Below are positions 59,290-64,000 of a stretch of DNA of 64,000 nucleotides, in pieces. This DNA is from Lophium mytilinum (taxonomy: Eukaryota). Position 1 is the stretch's first letter, and each line of letters begins with the position of its first letter. Location: NCBI GenBank assembly GCA_010093605.1, contig MU004199.1:1313533-1377532 (forward strand). The letters are read 5' to 3'. The notes below the pieces were generated by a model. It was not told where the DNA came from. It searched no databases and worked only from the letters and a program-made list of their open reading frames with translations. The translations under genes and the position numbers were made by a program.

Positions 59290-61305
59290 ATGTCAGCCCC
59301 CAGAATCAGCCTGCCTCCAGAAGCCCTCCCTGCTTTCTTTACACCAACCCCTCGAGAGCCTGACAGTGCCGGACCAACAGCAGACTATTTCCTCATCCCA
59401 GCATCCCCTTCCGCTGCGGGCATTGATGGCGATGGCCGGACAACGCCGCAGACTCGACGTTTCTCCGAAGCGCAGTCTAAAAAATGGCCGACAATTCATG
59501 AGCATACCTACCAAACACAGTCTGCAGCAAAACATCTAGAGCCCGAGAAGCGTCGCCCGAGCTACATCTTGGAGAATACATCGGACGAGCCACCAGGAAG
59601 GCCAAGCGACAGCAGTCCAACCGATGCCCCTATCCGTAAGATGTCGAGCGTGGAGCCAATCCGCCGACGGAACACGGGTGGGTCGCTATTTAGCCTCTCG
59701 CGACAAAGCACAAGAGCCTCCTCAATTAGCAGCATGGCGCGAGGTATCGTCAAAGGCCTCCCCGACCTCCGCATGTTCAGCGATACAGACGATGGTATCA
59801 ACCCAACCATGAAGCGCAAGAGAACGTTCTCCATTTTTACTTCGAAGAAAGAAGTACGAGACCCGACGGCGTTAACAAAAGAGAAAGAGAGTCTCGAGAA
59901 GTCGAAGCGGGACACAATTGATGCCATCCCGCCCTCTAAAGGCAGCGTCAAAGACCGCCGCAACCTCGACGAGCATGGCAGGGCTCTCAAAATGCCTATG
60001 CCGTCTGTAATGCCAGATCTCCCACCTCGATCACGAAGCCCAATATCCCCGCATAAATTCATGGTCGCAATTCGTCGTCCTCGAAGTCCCAAGACACCGC
60101 TTCCTATGGATGTCGAGCCATCCCATTATTTAGCTCCCGGAATCACACCTATTCCAGAGAGCGTCCAGGTCATAACTCCCAGCGAAGAAATGGTCAAGAA
60201 TATGCACCATCAAAGGCCTTCCACAGATTCTCCATCTTCGACGAAAGGAGCCGTCCGACGGCCAGGGCATTTCCGAACTGCGAGTTGCCGCTCAAGCGAC
60301 CCCTCAGTTCACAGCCCTGATTCCTTAAGAAAACGCCCACTACGAGGGTGGCTTAGCCAATCACCAAGCCCGAGAGATCCTGAAATGGGAGGTATGGAGA
60401 CGAACAACTTCGACGAAGCTGCCGGCGGAGAATCGAAACAACGAGAAGGCTCAAAGTCCTCTACGGGCTCTGTGTTCAAATTTCCACTGTCTCTGATCTC
60501 AGGCAGCAAGCTGGTGTCACCCCTCAACCAGCCCAAATCGGAAAACCCGACCAAACCGACCAAACGCGCCTCCTTCAGTATCACATCTGCCATTAGACCC
60601 CTCAACCTCAAACGTGCCTCCATTAGCAACGCAACTGCCACTGGCTACAAGCGAGCCGCCCCTGTTACCATCCGCCGCTTGTTCTCGCGCTCAGATCGTT
60701 CAGCACAAGGCGCAAAAACCCCTCCTCCCTTCTCGGCGCCGGCCTCAGTAGAGCGCGATTTCAATCCATTCAAGTTCAGTCCACCAGAAGCCGTCCGCAT
60801 ACCAACACCACCGCACTCGTTAAGCAGCAGCGTCAAGTTTGACACGGGCGACTTGTTCTATGACACCCAGCGCAGACCGACTCCGAAGGATACCAGCAAA
60901 CAAGGTGGGGTCTGGGACTCGGACACACTGCTCATGAGCCAAACCCGCATGTTTGATACCAGTGGCAGCGAAGACGACTCACCGCATGAAGGGCCGCCCA
61001 AAGACCTTGATACGCCGCCAGGACCGTCGGGTCCGGCGGAATGGTTTAGGGTGCAGACGTTGGACGAAGAAGAGCACGACACGGGCAATTTCGGGAGGCT
61101 GGAAATGGGGGTGGAGGTGACGCGGGAGGAGTTTGACTGGATCGTGCCGGATCATCTGCCAGGGAGTCCGCTGTGTCCGTTGAGTCCGAAGCATAAAAGC
61201 GGGGGGTTAGGCATTTGTGTGTACCACGGACGGACCAAGACACATAAGGGCGAAGCGGACTGGGGGGTAAGGGAATCCAAAGCGGGAATCCCACGATTTC
61301 AGTGA
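59290..61305 (+). CDS. Conserved hypothetical P/S/R-rich protein with C-terminal PDHLPGSPLCP...CVYHG motif
   Basis: Uninterrupted ~670-aa ORF, mostly low complexity, with a short His/Cys terminal motif. Confidence 0.75.
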   Translation: MSAPRISLPPEALPAFFTPTPREPDSAGPTADYFLIPASPSAAGIDGDGRTTPQTRRFSEAQSKKWPTIHEHTYQTQSAAKHLEPEKRRPSYILENTSDEPPGRPSDSSPTDAPIRKMSSVEPIRRRNTGGSLFSLSRQSTRASSISSMARGIVKGLPDLRMFSDTDDGINPTMKRKRTFSIFTSKKEVRDPTALTKEKESLEKSKRDTIDAIPPSKGSVKDRRNLDEHGRALKMPMPSVMPDLPPRSRSPISPHKFMVAIRRPRSPKTPLPMDVEPSHYLAPGITPIPESVQVITPSEEMVKNMHHQRPSTDSPSSTKGAVRRPGHFRTASCRSSDPSVHSPDSLRKRPLRGWLSQSPSPRDPEMGGMETNNFDEAAGGESKQREGSKSSTGSVFKFPLSLISGSKLVSPLNQPKSENPTKPTKRASFSITSAIRPLNLKRASISNATATGYKRAAPVTIRRLFSRSDRSAQGAKTPPPFSAPASVERDFNPFKFSPPEAVRIPTPPHSLSSSVKFDTGDLFYDTQRRPTPKDTSKQGGVWDSDTLLMSQTRMFDTSGSEDDSPHEGPPKDLDTPPGPSGPAEWFRVQTLDEEEHDTGNFGRLEMGVEVTREEFDWIVPDHLPGSPLCPLSPKHKSGGLGICVYHGRTKTHKGEADWGVRESKAGIPRFQ

Positions 61306-61426
61306 GGGTAACCGTGGTGGGTATACTTTGAATCTGACGTTTTGCTGTGCTAATGGGGGTTAGGTGACTGTAAGGCTGATCAATGTGGAAGCTGGTAAAT
61401 CGGTTGGATTTGACGTCAGTTTTTAT

Positions 61427-62895
61427 TTAGCGTTCGAGTGCCTTTTCGAGGCTCAACCTGAACGAGTCCTGGTCTATACCTCTTCCTATCACCACAATCT
61501 TCCCTACAGCTGATGATGGAGCATCCGCCTCCGTGGGCTCCTTAGACCGGGCGCTGTTGCTTTCGTCTAAAAATTCGAAAACCTCGCGTACCCCTTGCAG
61601 CAGCTTTACTACTCCATCAGTTAGAACGATACGGCCTTTTATCCTGTGAACTTCGAAAGTCAACTGCTTTGATGAACCCGACAACGGGAGCACCGATTCC
61701 CATAGCACCGAGCGGAGCCATGCGTCTACTGCATCTAATTTCTGAGGCTCAAGTACTGGTACTGGAAGCGATATTGTGGAGATGGTCTAGAGGTGTCAGT
61801 ACGGTTCTGATATGTCTAATCTTTTTCGAAAGAATGATTCTCACTGGATCTAAATGACTATGTCCCTTGGTCGTGAATTCCAGTTCGTCCGCCTCAATAG
61901 AGTCATACGCGTGGAGATCTAGCAGTACGCTCTCGAGTTGCGGGACTTGACTACGCTGCGTAACGTGAATCCTCGCTAGTCCGTTGATGGACTGAATACG
62001 AGCACGAACGGTCTCGAGCTCGGAAGGGGTGACTAAATCTGTCTTGTTGATGACTACGACATCCGCATGGGATATCTGGAGATGTGCAGTCGTCAGTTCA
62101 TCGCCTTCGTGCTTGTGGTTTTCGGTAGCGTCGTGGACTACCGTCTCAGCTGGTGCTTCATCTAGGCTTTTGAGGATGTTCTTGGCGTCAACCAGTGTGA
62201 CAATGCCGTCGAGATAGATGGTGCTCCCGAGCCCTTCGTCAACCCAGAAGAGAGGTGCTATGTTGCCAGGGTCTGCGAGGCCGGTGGTCTCGAGCAGGAT
62301 GTAGTCGAAAAAGCCGCGGCGGTCCATGAGCGACTCGATAGCTGCGACGCCGGAATCTCTGTAGGCATGTGTTAGGAGATTGCTGAGACCGAGACTGGCG
62401 TTGGTGGTCATGACACCTACTTTACAGAACAGCATATGCAGCCGTTGGCTAGATCTAGCCATTCTTCCGCTTGCTGACCGTCCTTTGATACTGTGAGGGA
62501 CTTTTCTATGTCGACAGCTGTGGTGAGAAATTGAATTAGAGCGGAACTCTACAAACGCAGGGCAAAGTCATACAATCACCAAACTCTGTAAGCGGTGGTC
62601 AGAGGACTTCTTTTCAGAGCATGTGCATGGGACGAACCATTCAGTATTACTGCAATCTTCTTTCCGTGGCGTTCTGTCAAGATGTAATTCAGAAGCGTTG
62701 TCTTGCCAGCTCCGAGATAACCTAGAAGTTTAGTTGACGTCGAGTTGCAACTAACCATAAGACCATACCTGTGATTATCGTTATGGGAACTTTTGTGACT
62801 GATACCTCGCTGACTTCGGTCTCAAGGCCGGTCTCATCTTGTCCCGAGGCTACGAGGAGAGGTGGCGCCTCATCTTCATCCAAGTCAACGCTCAT
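61427..62895 (-). CDS. ZNG1: COG0523/CobW-family Zn metallochaperone GTPase (ZNG1-like), multi-exon
   Basis: N-terminal [52 protein letters not shown]; CobW_C HRIKGR...QGVREVF. Confidence 0.9.
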
Positions 62896-63460
62896 AGTAA
62901 GCTGTATAGTGCTGTCTTTACAGCCCCTAGCAATGCACCGAAATGGTGGCTATGATCGCCGATATTGAAACCTTCCCTGAGCGGTTAGAATCGGAAAGGG
63001 CTGCGAGGATCTCTGACAAGGAATAAATAAAAATGGGAGAGTTTATTTGGAGGTAAGCGGTTGAGACTTCTGAGTGAACGACTGATGGACAAGAGGTGAA
63101 TATTGATTGGAAATAGGAATATATATACTGAATCGCGGAAATTGTGGGGACGCTTTGAGAACACCGCTTCGAAACTTCGGAATTGCTCGAAGCCGCAGTG
63201 TTGACCTTAAGGAGAGAAAAGGCAAACACTTACCCTTGTGCTAGAGCTGGACAGGCCTTCCCACAGTAGGTAATATTAGAAGAGGACGTTGATGGTAAAG
63301 GGACTTGCCGGAGTGACGTGAAGCTGGAGTGAAGAAAGAGTCTTCCCAAATCAGGTCTAGCGCGTCACATCTCTTGGCATACCCAAATACCAACCCGTCC
63401 GATCGTGAACTCCAAGCACAAGCCCAATCCCCAACCCGACACCGTGTAACGAGCCCGAGA

Positions 63461-64000
63461 ATGATGGCAGCATTGTCTCCGTCGAGCTCGCCTCGACTAC
63501 CAAGCCCGCCGCCGATTGCAGAAGACCAGATAGGGCCGAAGTCGCCAACAGGCGCCCAAGCCGAACAACAGGCCAAGCTGTTCAGCATAGTAGACCATGG
63601 CGCGTCAAGGAGAATACGGCCGGGGACAAAGGCGGAAGATATGACCGAAGGCCCTCCGCTGGTGGACTTGACAGAAGTACGTTAGCGATCTGGGAAGGCC
63701 AAAATCCGCAGAGCCACAGCAACACAACTTCATCGCAGACTACGGAGCTCCAAGCTAATTCAATTCTCTAGATAGACTCGGCCTTCCAGCTGACCGAACA
63801 CCTCAAAGCCCTCCACAATGCCCTCACGCATCCAATAGGCACAAACAATACAATCCCCATCGACAAGACCATGGCCATGCGACTTGCCCACCCCCCGGAC
63901 GGCGTCGACAAGTCGCTGTGGCTCTACGAACTCTGCCGCTTCCTTACGCAAAAAGTAAACTCAATCATCATCGCCCTCTTCTCCGACAACCCGCCCTGCT
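63461..64000 (+). CDS. MOB3: Mob3/phocein (MOB4-like) STRIPAK subunit, 5' part only
   Basis: SPRLPSPPP, RRIRPGTKAEDM..GPPL, intron ~63677-63771, then IDSAFQLTEHL...PPDGVDKSLWLYELCRFL. Runs off the window end. Confidence 0.88.

Overview
Filamentous-ascomycete (Pezizomycotina, plausibly Dothideomycete; inferred) genomic window in four parts. (1) 1-7.7 kb is an AT-rich, RIP-mutated transposon block: two head-to-head Ty1/Copia relics, one interrupted by a ~3-kb MULE-type DNA transposon. (2) 7.9-20.5 kb is a conserved housekeeping block: TIP41, a mitochondrial-carrier-like protein, VPS36, THP3, BEM1 and an intron-containing tRNA-Glu(CTC). (3) ~20.6-54 kb is an accessory-looking stretch. It begins with an 850-bp TA-flanked MITE and holds a DUF1445/D-glutamate-cyclase-like gene, a Zn2Cys6 TF, a dead SesB-like hydrolase-TM protein, orphans, two secreted S/T-rich proteins, a frameshifted DEDDh exonuclease, an AIF/AMID-like oxidoreductase and an OPT transporter. 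(4) 54.4-64 kb is a second conserved block: rhodanese, SMC2, a hypothetical protein, ZNG1/CobW and a partial MOB3. The best candidate for an undescribed system is a tail-to-tail pair only 27 bp apart: an intronless, apparently active kinase-Sel1-ankyrin protein and a HeLo-like-domain pseudokinase. Architecturally this resembles an RIPK/MLKL-like necroptotic immune module. All calls were made by eye; no searches were run, and exon boundaries are approximate.
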